A DNA stretch of 64,000 nucleotides, from assembly GCA_965248355.1 (NCBI GenBank), contig OZ252098.1, forward strand, positions 1,984,001 through 2,048,000. Direction: 5' to 3'. A program made the translations under genes and the position numbers. The notes under the pieces were generated by a model. It worked only from the letters and a program-made list of their open reading frames with translations. It had not been told where the DNA came from and did no database searches. Source of the DNA: Candidatus Latescibacterota bacterium (lineage in GTDB: Bacteria; Latescibacterota; UBA2968; UBA8231). Positions 10,592-19,714 of this stretch are shown here, piece after piece. Numbering within the stretch: the stretch's first letter is position 1; every line of letters begins with the position of its first letter.

Positions 10592-13072
10592 TCAGTGTGG
10601 GATGCGGTGCTGGTGGAGGCGGCGGTGGATCGCTTCCCGCGCCTCCAGGAAGGGCGACTCCAGGTAGGCCATGTGGTCGCCGCCGTGGTGGTGGGTGGCG
10701 CTGCCGGGCCGGTGCTGCCGGCTCTGGCCGCGGATGTACTGGAGGCAGCCATCGACCAGGGTGAGCATGTACTGGGCGGTGCTCTCGTCGAACATCCACC
10801 ACTCCCGGTCGCCGCAGGACAGGTAGACCGGGGAGGTGTGGGCCATGATGGCGCGGCCCCAGCCGTCGTGGTGAGGAACCCCCGTGTACCCGGGTCCGCC
10901 GCAGCGGGCGGCGATCCACGAGTTCCCCTTCACCTCCACCTTCGCCTCCACCCTCAGGGCGCGGGTGCCGCCGGCGTCGTCGGCCGAGGCCACCACGCGC
11001 CCCTCCTGCACGATCTGCAAGGTGTGGATCGGCACCACCGACTCGGCCCGCGCCTCGACCTCGACGGTGCCGCCGTTGCCCGGCAGGCGCAGGGTGTCGC
11101 CGATGTCGCAGCCGTCCACCTTCAGCCGCAGGAGAGGCCCGCCGCTGTGGAAGGTGCGGCCCCGGGCGACGTTGGCGCACCAGTTGTCGTAGGTGAAGGG
11201 CTCGTCCTCGGGGATGCGCACGTAGGTGCGGTAGAGCCCCACGGGCACCTCGTTCGACATCTTGTCGGTGCCCCCCACCAGGGGCAGACGGTAGCCGCAG
11301 TTGAGGTAGCGGTAGTACTCCTGGTGCTCGAAGGGGCCGTGGCGCAGCATCTCCACCGCGTCGGCGCGGCCCGTGGCGATCAGGGTCGCCGGCTCCCCGT
11401 TGGGATTGGGCAGGTGCGGGATCACCACCGTGCCGCCCTGGCCGCGGCACTGGTCGGCCCAGTCGGACATGGTCACCTCCAGGGTGCCGCCGATCTCGGC
11501 CTCGCCGGGCCCGTCCGAGCACCAGGGCATGACCGGCTCCTTGAGACCCCACAGGATCAGGTGCCCGAGGAAGTGCTGGCGGTTCTCCTGGGAGACGTAG
11601 ACCAGGCTCTCGCCGTCGCTGGAGACGCCGCCGGTGAACTCCTGGGCGTCGGTGAACAGGCTGCCCCACTGGGACTGGAGCATGTTGACCACGTCCAGGT
11701 CCTCGCCGTTGGCCTCCAGGTGGCTGCCCTGGGCGGAGAGGAAGTGGACGTGGGAATCGCCCGAGTACCAGCCCTCGCCGTTCATGTCCACCCAGCGCTC
11801 CAGGGTCAGCTCCAGCTCGGTCTGGCCGGGCCGGATCTCGACCTCCCGTCGAAGGGGCTCGTACTCGAAGCCCCGGGCCACGTCGACGATCACGCGGCCC
11901 CGCGGCAGCCAGCCCTGGCAGGTGCCGTCGGTGTAGGCGTAGGAGAGCTGCCCCAGGCGCACGTCTCCTCCCACGTCGATGTGCCAGCTGTCCATGTCGG
12001 AGTTGACGTGACCGTGGTGGCCGTGGGGGGCGTAGGCCACCCCCTCGGGAGAGCGAAAGTGGATTCGGCACGGCACCGGCCGGCCCGTCTGCCCGTCGAG
12101 GACCCGCGTGCGCACCCAGTTGCGGCCGTGGTCGATCATCTCCACGCGCACGCGGCCGTCGGCGCTGTCCGCCGACCCCCCTTCCAGCACGTCGCCCCAG
12201 CGGGCCTCGCCCACGGGCACCCCGTCCTGACTGACCCTCACCGTCGCCGACGGCGACGCCGCGATCTGCAGGCCCGCCGGGCTGCTGGACCGGTTCTGCG
12301 CCTCGCCCCAGCCCTTGCGGCCGGCGACGAACTCCTCCGGCGTCCGCCGCGACAGGGGGTAGGGATAGGTGGCCACGCCGCGGTCGACCTCGACCTCCAG
12401 GCCGAAGGGCCGGTCCGCCGCCTCGGCGTCGGTCAGGGTGATGCGCACGTCGCGCAGACCTTCGCGGCAGAGGGGAAACTCGTCGGCGTGCCCCAGGGTG
12501 ACGGCGCCCACGGCGAAGACCCGGTCCCCGGGTTCCACCTCGATGGCGTCCAGCTTTTGCTCGGGGTGGGGGTTCGTCCACACGTAGAGGGCGAAGTGCA
12601 CGTTGTTGGCGGCTGCCGTCTCGGTCTGCCGCCGGCCGGCCGCGTCCCAGCGGCCCTCCCAGCGCGGCAGCACCTCGTCCTTCTGGTCCGGGAAGGCGAC
12701 GAAGGGGCGGCCTCCATCGCCGGGCACGGTGCAGATCTCGAAGCGCTCCCGCTGCGGCACCGAGACCACCGCGCCGCCGTCCAGATGGAAGTAGTAGGTG
12801 GCCACGGTCTCCCCCGTAGGGGCGCCCTCGCGGATACGGGAGTCGGCCAGCCGGTGGGCGAAGAGGACGTGGCGCGCGCGGCGCCGGACCGGGATTCTCA
12901 GCCTCGACCCCCGGTGCCCCGCACCGAAGGCGATCAGGCAGGATCCGCCCCCGTTGCCCACCTGGAAGGGCAACCCCTGCCAGCATTGCTCCCCGGAGGG
13001 CACGGCCTCGCCGAAGAGATCGGCGCCGGCGTTGCAGTAGGAGGCCAGCTCCAGAGGCTCGTAGTCTTTCAT
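10592..13072 (-). CDS. CehA/McbA-family PHP-domain metallohydrolase with N-terminal beta-rich domains
   Basis: GWYSGDSHVH, QENRQHFLGHL, YYRYLNCGYRLPLVGGTD, GRTFHSGGP and AHTSPVY motifs. Confidence 0.82.
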   Translation of the reverse strand: MKDYEPLELASYCNAGADLFGEAVPSGEQCWQGLPFQVGNGGGSCLIAFGAGHRGSRLRIPVRRRARHVLFAHRLADSRIREGAPTGETVATYYFHLDGGAVVSVPQRERFEICTVPGDGGRPFVAFPDQKDEVLPRWEGRWDAAGRRQTETAAANNVHFALYVWTNPHPEQKLDAIEVEPGDRVFAVGAVTLGHADEFPLCREGLRDVRITLTDAEAADRPFGLEVEVDRGVATYPYPLSRRTPEEFVAGRKGWGEAQNRSSSPAGLQIAASPSATVRVSQDGVPVGEARWGDVLEGGSADSADGRVRVEMIDHGRNWVRTRVLDGQTGRPVPCRIHFRSPEGVAYAPHGHHGHVNSDMDSWHIDVGGDVRLGQLSYAYTDGTCQGWLPRGRVIVDVARGFEYEPLRREVEIRPGQTELELTLERWVDMNGEGWYSGDSHVHFLSAQGSHLEANGEDLDVVNMLQSQWGSLFTDAQEFTGGVSSDGESLVYVSQENRQHFLGHLILWGLKEPVMPWCSDGPGEAEIGGTLEVTMSDWADQCRGQGGTVVIPHLPNPNGEPATLIATGRADAVEMLRHGPFEHQEYYRYLNCGYRLPLVGGTDKMSNEVPVGLYRTYVRIPEDEPFTYDNWCANVARGRTFHSGGPLLRLKVDGCDIGDTLRLPGNGGTVEVEARAESVVPIHTLQIVQEGRVVASADDAGGTRALRVEAKVEVKGNSWIAARCGGPGYTGVPHHDGWGRAIMAHTSPVYLSCGDREWWMFDESTAQYMLTLVDGCLQYIRGQSRQHRPGSATHHHGGDHMAYLESPFLEAREAIHRRLHQHRIPH

Positions 13073-13185
13073 CACGGACCTTTCCCCGGCGGTCCGCTGC
13101 TGCGCGCCGGGCCGTTTTGCTACATTCCGGTTCACGTCCCGCCAAAGATAGGCTGCGCCGCACGCGCGGACAGAGAGGAGCACCC

Positions 13186-14532
13186 ATGCGCCCCACGCCG
13201 ACCCCGCTCGACGACGACGCCCTGCAGCGGTACCTGCGCCAGGGCTACATCACCCTGGACGCGGGCCTGTCCGCCGACTTCCACCGGGACCTGTTCGAGG
13301 AGGTGGACGGCCTCTTCGAGGCCGAGGGCAATCCCGGCAACAACATCCTGCCGCGGGTCCCCGCCATCCGCCGCGTCCTCGACAGCCCGCCCGTGAACGG
13401 CGCCCTGCAGAGCCTGCTGGGCGGCGACTACTACCTGCACGCCCACCGCTTCTGCCACTACCGCCAGCCCCGGAGCGAGGCCCAGCGGCTGCACAAGGAC
13501 AGCTGGTCGCGGCGCCACCACCGCACCCGCTGGTGCATGGCCTTTTACTACCCCCAGGACACCACCGGGGAGATGGGCCCCACGGGGGTCGTACCGGGGT
13601 CTCAGTACCTCAATTCGCCGCCCGACCCCGACGGCGAGGTCGCCCTGGCCGGCCGCGCCGGCACGGTGACCATCGTCCACTACGACCTCTGGCACCGCGG
13701 CCTGGCCAACACCAGCGACCGCAAGCGCTACATGCTCAAGTTCCTCTTCACGCGCCTCGACGAGCCGGCGGCCAACGGACGCGGGCCGGCCTCCTTCGAC
13801 GAGGAGGACCCGCGGGCTCCCCTGTGGCGCTCCATGTGGCGCTGGCACACGGGCCATGGCTCCCAGGCCGCGGGTGATCTCACCTCCGCGGAGGTGACGG
13901 GCCTGGCGGGTGATCTCGGCGCCGCGGACGAGACCCGGGCCCTGGACGCCGCCTACCGCCTGGGGGAGTCGGCGGATCTCGCCGCCGTCGAGGCCCTGCT
14001 CGGCGGCCTGCGTTCCGAGGATCCCGCGGTCCGACGCAACGCCGCCTACGGTCTGACGGCGGCGGGACGGGCCTCGGTCCCCGGCCTGGTCGAGTGCCTG
14101 GAGCACGGGGACGCCGGGCTGCGCGCGGCGGCCGTCGACTGCCTGGGCGATCTCGGCCGCGAGGCCGCCGAGGCGGAGCCCGCCGCCGCCGGGAGTCTGG
14201 AGGACGAGGACCTCGAGGTGCGGCGGCTCTCCGCCCACGCCCTGGGGACCATGGAGGCGGTCTCGGCGGTGCCGCGCCTGGCGCGGGCCTGCTCCGAGAA
14301 GGACGACTGGGTGGCCCGCAATGCCTCCCTGAGCCTGGCGCGCCTGGGCGCCGCCGCCGAGGAGGCCCTTCCGGCGCTGGACCGCGCCCTGGACCACGAC
14401 AACCGCTACGTGCGCGCCAACGCCCTCCGATGCCTGCAGCGCATCGACAGCGCCGGGGCCCGGGAGCTGCTCTACCACCACCTGGCCACCTCCCGCTGGT
14501 GCCCGATCACGGCCAGCGGCACCCCGTACTGA
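13186..14532 (+). CDS. Phytanoyl-CoA dioxygenase family (Fe/2OG) domain fused to HEAT repeats
   Basis: HKD...YYPQD...GPT..VPGS...LWHRG; C-terminal repeats VRRNAAYGL, VRRLSAHALG, VARNASLSLA; GAGGAG SD. Confidence 0.85.
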   Translation: MRPTPTPLDDDALQRYLRQGYITLDAGLSADFHRDLFEEVDGLFEAEGNPGNNILPRVPAIRRVLDSPPVNGALQSLLGGDYYLHAHRFCHYRQPRSEAQRLHKDSWSRRHHRTRWCMAFYYPQDTTGEMGPTGVVPGSQYLNSPPDPDGEVALAGRAGTVTIVHYDLWHRGLANTSDRKRYMLKFLFTRLDEPAANGRGPASFDEEDPRAPLWRSMWRWHTGHGSQAAGDLTSAEVTGLAGDLGAADETRALDAAYRLGESADLAAVEALLGGLRSEDPAVRRNAAYGLTAAGRASVPGLVECLEHGDAGLRAAAVDCLGDLGREAAEAEPAAAGSLEDEDLEVRRLSAHALGTMEAVSAVPRLARACSEKDDWVARNASLSLARLGAAAEEALPALDRALDHDNRYVRANALRCLQRIDSAGARELLYHHLATSRWCPITASGTPY

Positions 14533-14538
14533 GCCCCC

Positions 14539-15360
14539 GTGCTGCGCATCGAGACCCGGGTGGGATGCCGTCTATCCGGCCGGCGTGGAGGAGTGCCGGG
14601 GCATCGCCGCCGGGCTGGGATGGGACGAGGACCTCTACCTGGCGGCCCTCTGCCACCACCGACTGTCCGGCGAGCTGCCGCAGTGCACCCTCGTCGGCCG
14701 GCGGGAGAACGGATCCGTGTCCTTCGGCAAGACCGACGACATCGAGCGCCACCAGCTCGGGCTGAACCTGCTCGAGATCAGCCGTCCCGACGACGGCTAC
14801 GACCACGGCCACTTCCACTTCGCCGCCACGCCCTGGACGGTGGCGGGCGTGAACCGGCCCGGCCTGACCATGGGCATGACCGGCATCCCGGGACCGATGA
14901 AGGAGGAGGACGGCCTGTTCTCGCTGATGGCCCTGCACACGGTGCTGCCGGCCTGCGCGAACGTGGGCGAGGCCCTCGAGCACCTGCGGGCCCTGCCGGT
15001 GAACGCCTACGGTTTCAGTCTGATGCTCGGAGATGCGGAGGACGACAGGCCCCTCGGCCATACGAATCACGTCCTCGATGCGGACTTCGCCCGCCGCAAC
15101 CCTGCCCAGAGCCCCGCCATCGACGCCAACGGGCGGAGACGCCTCGACAACGCCTTGCGGCTGGCCCGGGAAGGCGCCGGCATCGACCGGATCCTGGCCG
15201 ACCGCTCGGCCGCGGGGGCCATCTGCCAGCGCGGGGAGGACGGCCTGCACACGGACTTCGCCGTGCTCTTCGAGCCGGTGGAGGGGCGCCTGCGCCTGTG
15301 GTCCGGCCCCCCGGCCGGAAGCGGCCGGTCACGTACTCCGTGGATCGCCTGCTGGCCTGA
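14539..15360 (+). pseudogene. Probable disrupted C45 family (acyl-CoA:6-APA acyltransferase-like, Ntn hydrolase) peptidase
   Basis: Core in the 14585 frame (EECRGIAAG, QCTL, GKTDD, AGVN..GL, HTNH); plausible start (MLRIETR) and stop (VTYSVDRLLA-TGA) lie in a different frame. Confidence 0.65.
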
Positions 15361-15373
15361 GACCCTTCCGGGG

Positions 15374-17368
15374 CTACTGCTCCACCCGGAGGAAGCCCCG
15401 AGGGTCGCGCAGGTTCTCCCACGAGGTCCGCACCCAGCCCTCGGGAACGGACCCCACGCGGACCCGGGCGTCCGCGAGCTCGCCCGCCAGCCTCGCCGTG
15501 CCTCCGGGCAGGTGCCCCACCGTGAGGGGCACTTCCGCCTCGACCGGGGTCCCTCGCGACGGCGCCTCGTCGACCAGCTCGCCATCGATCCACAGCTCGG
15601 CTCCCCTGTCGACGCGATAGACGCCGGCCACGTGGTGCCATCCCGGCTGCGGCCGGCGGTGGGCCCGCACCGAGACCGGTCCGGCGGCGCAGTTGACGAG
15701 GAAGGAGGCTCCCGGAAGGGAGCCCCCGAGGCCGCCGTTGTGGCCGCAGTCCATCCAGCGCAGCTGGAAGCGAGCGCCGCCGGCGGCCGTGTCCAGGCGC
15801 AGCACCTGTCCGTGGGAGCGGATCTCCCCCGACGGATCGTCCTCGCGCCAGGGCGCCATGTAGAGGAACCGGCCGTCGAAGGCGCCGCCGTTGAAGCCCC
15901 CGGGATTCGGCGGCGCCAGGTCGCTCCCGTCCCCCGCCTGCCAGGAGGCCGGGTCCTCGAAGGGGCGGGACGTGTCATAGCGCAGGGTGCGGGCGTGGAA
16001 CCCGAGTCCCGGATCCTCGCCCTCCCAGAAGGGGATGAAGTACACGAAGCGGCCGTCGAAGGCGGCGCCGTCGTACCCGCGGGTGCGCAGGCCGCCGACG
16101 CCGGACGCCTCGAAGGCCTGCCAGCTGGCGGGGTCGCCGAAGTGGGACTCGCTGTCGTAACGCACCACCGTGGAGTGGGCGTACGGCGTGAAGTAGATCC
16201 AGCGGCCGTCGAAGACGGCGCCGACGCACATGCCGAAGGGGCTCCCCGGCAGCCGGTCGGGGTCGAAGGCCTCCCAGGCGGCCGGGTCGTCGAAGGGACG
16301 GCGCGGATCGTGGCGCAGCACCGCGCCGCCGCTCAGGGGAGCGAAGTAGACGTGCCTCCCGTCATATAGGGCGCCGTCGTAGTTGCCGCAGTTCAGCCCG
16401 CCGGTGGCGCCGGCGTCGTAGACCGCCCAGCTGGCCTCGTCCCGGAAGGGATCGCTGGTGTCGTAGCGCAGCACCCGGCCGTCGGCGCCGGTCTCCTGGT
16501 GATAGCCGGGGGCGAAGTAGGCGTAGCGGCCGTCGAAGGCGCCGCCCTGGCTCGAGATCGCCCCGCCGGCGTCGCGGGCGGACCAGCTCGACGGATCGCC
16601 GAACTCGCCGGCCGTGTCGAAGCGCAGCACCCGCCGGTGCATGTCGGCGCCGTCGGTGCGCGGCACGTAGTAGACGTAGCGGCCGTCGAAGAGGGCGCCG
16701 TAGTAGCCCCGGGTGACCAGGCCCTCCGTGGCCCCCGCGTCGTACCCCTCCCAAGCGGACGGGTCGTCGAAGGGCCGGCGCGTGTCGTAGCGCAGGGCCT
16801 GGCCGTGGCGGCCCTCGTCGTTGCACTGGGGAGCGAAGTAGACGTGGCGCCCGTCGAAGACGGCGCCGAAGAACCCCCGGGTCCGGAGGCCGCCGGTGGA
16901 CCCGGCGTCGCGAGTGGCGAAGCCGGCCACCTCCTCGGCAAAGGCCCACTGGGCGGCGATCACCTGCACCGCCTCGGCCCGCACCTCGTCGGCGGCGAGC
17001 CAGCCCTCGACGACGAAGTCATCCCCGGGCGTCCGGGGGTCGGTCTCCCTGGCGCCGAACAGCGCGAAGTCGGAGAACCCCTCCATGTCGGCCGGGGCGG
17101 CGCCGAGGTCCAGGAACAGGAGGGCATCCCGTCCACGCTCCAGCCGCCGGGCTTCGATCCAGCCCTCGATCCGCCCGGCGGCCCCGTCTGCCGACAGCCG
17201 GTGCGGCAGCTCTCCGGCGGCGTCGCGCACCCGCAGCCCGGCCCCCGGGGCCTCTCGCGCGTCCCGGGGGAGGGTCAGGTCCACGCGGACCGGAAAGCGC
17301 TCGAGATCCCCGTGGACGCGGTCTCCGGCCACTCGCAGCCCGAGGGTCAGGGGTCTCACCGTAGCCAA
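15374..17368 (-). CDS. DUF2341-like domain + LamG/concanavalin-like domain interrupted by a 7-repeat FDGRY beta-propeller
   Basis: GDLERFPVRVDL...GWIE; seven GxxFDGRxxYxxP repeats; WHHVAGVY...LWIDG...GELADARV; start approximate (TTG 17368 with GGAG, or GTG 17359). Confidence 0.72.
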   Translation of the reverse strand: MATVRPLTLGLRVAGDRVHGDLERFPVRVDLTLPRDAREAPGAGLRVRDAAGELPHRLSADGAAGRIEGWIEARRLERGRDALLFLDLGAAPADMEGFSDFALFGARETDPRTPGDDFVVEGWLAADEVRAEAVQVIAAQWAFAEEVAGFATRDAGSTGGLRTRGFFGAVFDGRHVYFAPQCNDEGRHGQALRYDTRRPFDDPSAWEGYDAGATEGLVTRGYYGALFDGRYVYYVPRTDGADMHRRVLRFDTAGEFGDPSSWSARDAGGAISSQGGAFDGRYAYFAPGYHQETGADGRVLRYDTSDPFRDEASWAVYDAGATGGLNCGNYDGALYDGRHVYFAPLSGGAVLRHDPRRPFDDPAAWEAFDPDRLPGSPFGMCVGAVFDGRWIYFTPYAHSTVVRYDSESHFGDPASWQAFEASGVGGLRTRGYDGAAFDGRFVYFIPFWEGEDPGLGFHARTLRYDTSRPFEDPASWQAGDGSDLAPPNPGGFNGGAFDGRFLYMAPWREDDPSGEIRSHGQVLRLDTAAGGARFQLRWMDCGHNGGLGGSLPGASFLVNCAAGPVSVRAHRRPQPGWHHVAGVYRVDRGAELWIDGELVDEAPSRGTPVEAEVPLTVGHLPGGTARLAGELADARVRVGSVPEGWVRTSWENLRDPRGFLRVEQ
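15851..16877 (-). repeat. Seven intragenic 51-60 aa repeats (GxxFDGRxxYxxP ... LRYDT ... F.DP..W)
   Basis: Cores ccgtcgaa/ccgtcata at 15873, 16053, 16206, 16359, 16530, 16683 and 16851. Confidence 0.9.
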
Positions 17369-17421
17369 GGAGCGGCTCCACTGCGATCTGGATCGCCTGG
17401 CGGAAAAAGCGGGCCCACGGT

Positions 17422-18693
17422 CTAGGACCGCTGCTCCCGCACCGGCCCGTGCTGCAGGCGGGCGTAGAGGTCGGCCCACTCCCGGGAGCCGTCGTCGTCC
17501 CAGATCTCCAGCTTCACGCCCGGCTCCTGGGCGGGGTCGTTGCCGGCCTGACGGAAGTGCGGCCAGCACTGATGCTGCATGTTGGCGAAGTGCACGACGC
17601 GGCCACCCTCCCAGACCACGGAGAGGATGTGACGCGGCACCGGCAACCGGTGCGGGGGCTCCATGGCGTACCGGGCCAGGGCCTCCTCGTCGACCTCGAC
17701 GCCGAGGCCCGGGCCCTCGGGCACCCGCAGGTATCCGCCCCGGATGGTGAGGGGCTCGCGGAGCAGGTCGTCGGTGTAGTTGTTCATGCAGGTGATGGCC
17801 GGCCACTGGGCGAAGTTCAGCACCGAGCCGAGATGAGCGGCGAAAGCGGTCACCAGGCCGACGCCGACCATCTGCAGCCAGAAGGGCTTCTCGAACTCGG
17901 CGGCGAGCTGGCCCTGGCGCAGCGTCGCGGAGACGCCGCCGCCGATGACGAAGCCGTCGCACACCGCTTCGCGGACGGCCGTGGGGAAGGGGGGCGACCC
18001 GAAGTGGAGGGCGATCGGCCTGGCCACCTTGCGGCGCAGCTCCCGCTGGCCCTCCACGTCCCCCTGGTTGATGGGGCCCTCGTAGATGGAGACGCGCTCG
18101 TATCCGTCGAGCCGCTGCAGGACGGGGGCCGCGGTCCCCACGTTGAGGAGCATGCCGTTCCAGTCCAGGTCGAGCCGGTAGTGGCGGGGGGTGACGGCGC
18201 TGACGGCCTCCACCTGCTGGTAGACGTCGATCCATGGCCGGGTCTTGAACTTGTGGAAGATGTAGCCCCCGGCCACCGCGTCCCGGGCCTCCCCGGCCAG
18301 GTCCTCGGGGCTCATCTTGGTGTTCCACCAGGCGATGGGGCACCAGTCGCGCACCTTCGGCAGGTTGAACAGTCTGTAGGCGGGCACCTCCAGGGCCTTG
18401 CCGACCACGTCGTAGAGGGCCATCTGCAGACCGGCGCCCAGGCCGTCGTCGCCCAGCAGCTCGGCGGGGTTGCGGCCGCGCACGCCCTCCAACGACTCGT
18501 CGCTGACCTGTCCCCAGGTGTAGTGCGGCAGGGTCTCGCCGTAGCCGACGCTGCCGTCGTCGGTGGTGACGCGGACGATCTCGACGATCTGCCACTGCCA
18601 GACCAGCAGCGCGTTCCAGCGGCGCACGCGCTCGGTGAAGGGCACGCGCAGGGTGATGCGCTCGACCTCCTCGATGCGCAGGGGGGCGGGCAT
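17422..18693 (-). CDS. Mandelate racemase/muconate lactonizing (enolase superfamily) enzyme
   Basis: TTDDGSVGYGE, ALYDVVGKALEVPAY, KFK, DWN, EGP and PEGPGLGVEVDE motifs. Confidence 0.88.
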   Translation of the reverse strand: MPAPLRIEEVERITLRVPFTERVRRWNALLVWQWQIVEIVRVTTDDGSVGYGETLPHYTWGQVSDESLEGVRGRNPAELLGDDGLGAGLQMALYDVVGKALEVPAYRLFNLPKVRDWCPIAWWNTKMSPEDLAGEARDAVAGGYIFHKFKTRPWIDVYQQVEAVSAVTPRHYRLDLDWNGMLLNVGTAAPVLQRLDGYERVSIYEGPINQGDVEGQRELRRKVARPIALHFGSPPFPTAVREAVCDGFVIGGGVSATLRQGQLAAEFEKPFWLQMVGVGLVTAFAAHLGSVLNFAQWPAITCMNNYTDDLLREPLTIRGGYLRVPEGPGLGVEVDEEALARYAMEPPHRLPVPRHILSVVWEGGRVVHFANMQHQCWPHFRQAGNDPAQEPGVKLEIWDDDGSREWADLYARLQHGPVREQRS

Positions 18694-18840
18694 GGGACTC
18701 TCCGGGCTGAAGGGGTGGACGTCGATAGCTCCCGCCGAGGACCCGGCCGCCGGGGCGGCCGGTGGAGGGGCGCCTCGTCGGCCAAGGTACGGGGCTCCCG
18801 GCCCGGTCACAAGCGGATGCAGGGAGGCCGGTGGGACCGC

Positions 18841-18870
18841 TTGACGATCCTGAGCCACCCCACCTAACCT
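18841..18870 (+). promoter_or_regulatory. Putative sigma70 promoter of the mrp operon
   Basis: TTGACG-N18-TAACCT, about 80 nt upstream of the TTG at 18952. Confidence 0.5.
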
Positions 18871-18951
18871 TTTGTGGATTCTGCACCTCCGCAGATTCCT
18901 CGCCGCATCGCGCCGCCGCCTGCCGCAAGCACCGTCCCGCCGGAGTCGCCT

Positions 18952-19431
18952 TTGGTACGCGCCGTCAGCTTGGGGTTGGTCTCCTTCGTCGTCTGGCTTC
19001 TCTGGTCCGGCCACTACACCTCCCTGCTGCTGGCCTTGGGCGGGGTCTCCTGCCTGCTCGTCCTCTTCCTCACCCGTCGCATGGGCCTGCTCGATGAGGA
19101 GGGGGTGCCGGTCCACCTCACGCCGCGCCTCCTGCTCTACATACCCTGGCTGATCTGGGCCATCGTCCGGGCCAACCTCGACGTGGCCCTGCGCATCCTG
19201 AGCCCCCGTCTGCCCATCGCCCCGCGCCTTCTCCGGATCCGGCCGGGACAGCGGACGGCTCTGGGCCGCGCCATCTACGCCAACTCGATCACCCTGACGC
19301 CGGGAACCCTGACCTGTGATGCCGACGGTGAGGAGTTCACGGTCCACGCCCTGACGCAGGAGGCTGCCGACGACCTGGAGTCAGGCCTCATGGACCGCCG
19401 CGTCCGGCGTCTCGAAGGCGCGACGGACTGA
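18952..19431 (+). CDS. mrpE: Mrp/Mnh Na+/H+ antiporter subunit E
   Basis: WLLWSG, ANLDVA, YANSITLTPGT and VHAL motifs; TTG 18952 with GGAG SD preferred over GTG 18874. Confidence 0.92.
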   Translation: MVRAVSLGLVSFVVWLLWSGHYTSLLLALGGVSCLLVLFLTRRMGLLDEEGVPVHLTPRLLLYIPWLIWAIVRANLDVALRILSPRLPIAPRLLRIRPGQRTALGRAIYANSITLTPGTLTCDADGEEFTVHALTQEAADDLESGLMDRRVRRLEGATD

Positions 19432-19436
19432 GAGCC

Positions 19437-19712
19437 ATGTTTGCCGCCACCATGGCCGCCGTCCTGTTCACCATGCTGCTGGCCCTGGCGCGCACCGCCC
19501 TCGGTCCCACCGTGTACGACCGCGTCCTCGGGGCCAACATGTGCGGCACGAAGACGGTGCTGCTCATCGCCGTCCTCGGTTTCCTCACGGGCCGGCCCGA
19601 GTTCCTCGACCTGGCCCTGATCTACGTCTTCCTCAACTTCATCTCCACCGTGGCGATCCTGAAGTTCGTCCAGTACGGGAGCTTCGGACGCCGGCGGGTG
19701 AGCGGCCCCTGA
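19437..19712 (+). CDS. mrpF: Mrp antiporter subunit F
   Basis: GPTVYDRVL and DLALIY..LNFIST motifs. Confidence 0.92.
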   Translation: MFAATMAAVLFTMLLALARTALGPTVYDRVLGANMCGTKTVLLIAVLGFLTGRPEFLDLALIYVFLNFISTVAILKFVQYGSFGRRRVSGP

Positions 19713-19714
19713 CG

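Noticed and set aside
10595..13396. Very long antisense or alternate-frame ORFs (e.g. 10595-13396 +, 26893-29961 +, 56228-59293 -, 61238-63865 +)
   Set aside because: They are shadows of real genes in high-GC DNA: Arg/Pro/Gly-rich or antisense-patterned, with no family motifs
15851..16877. Periodic ccgtcgaa repeats as a possible CRISPR or DNA repeat array
   Set aside because: Spacing is 153-180 nt in multiples of three and conservation is at the protein level
9750..18928. Apparent giant fusions in the ORF track (9750-13196, 15374-18928; also 41343-44684 and 57682-61071)
   Set aside because: Their N-terminal parts are off-frame reads of the upstream genes; the real starts are internal
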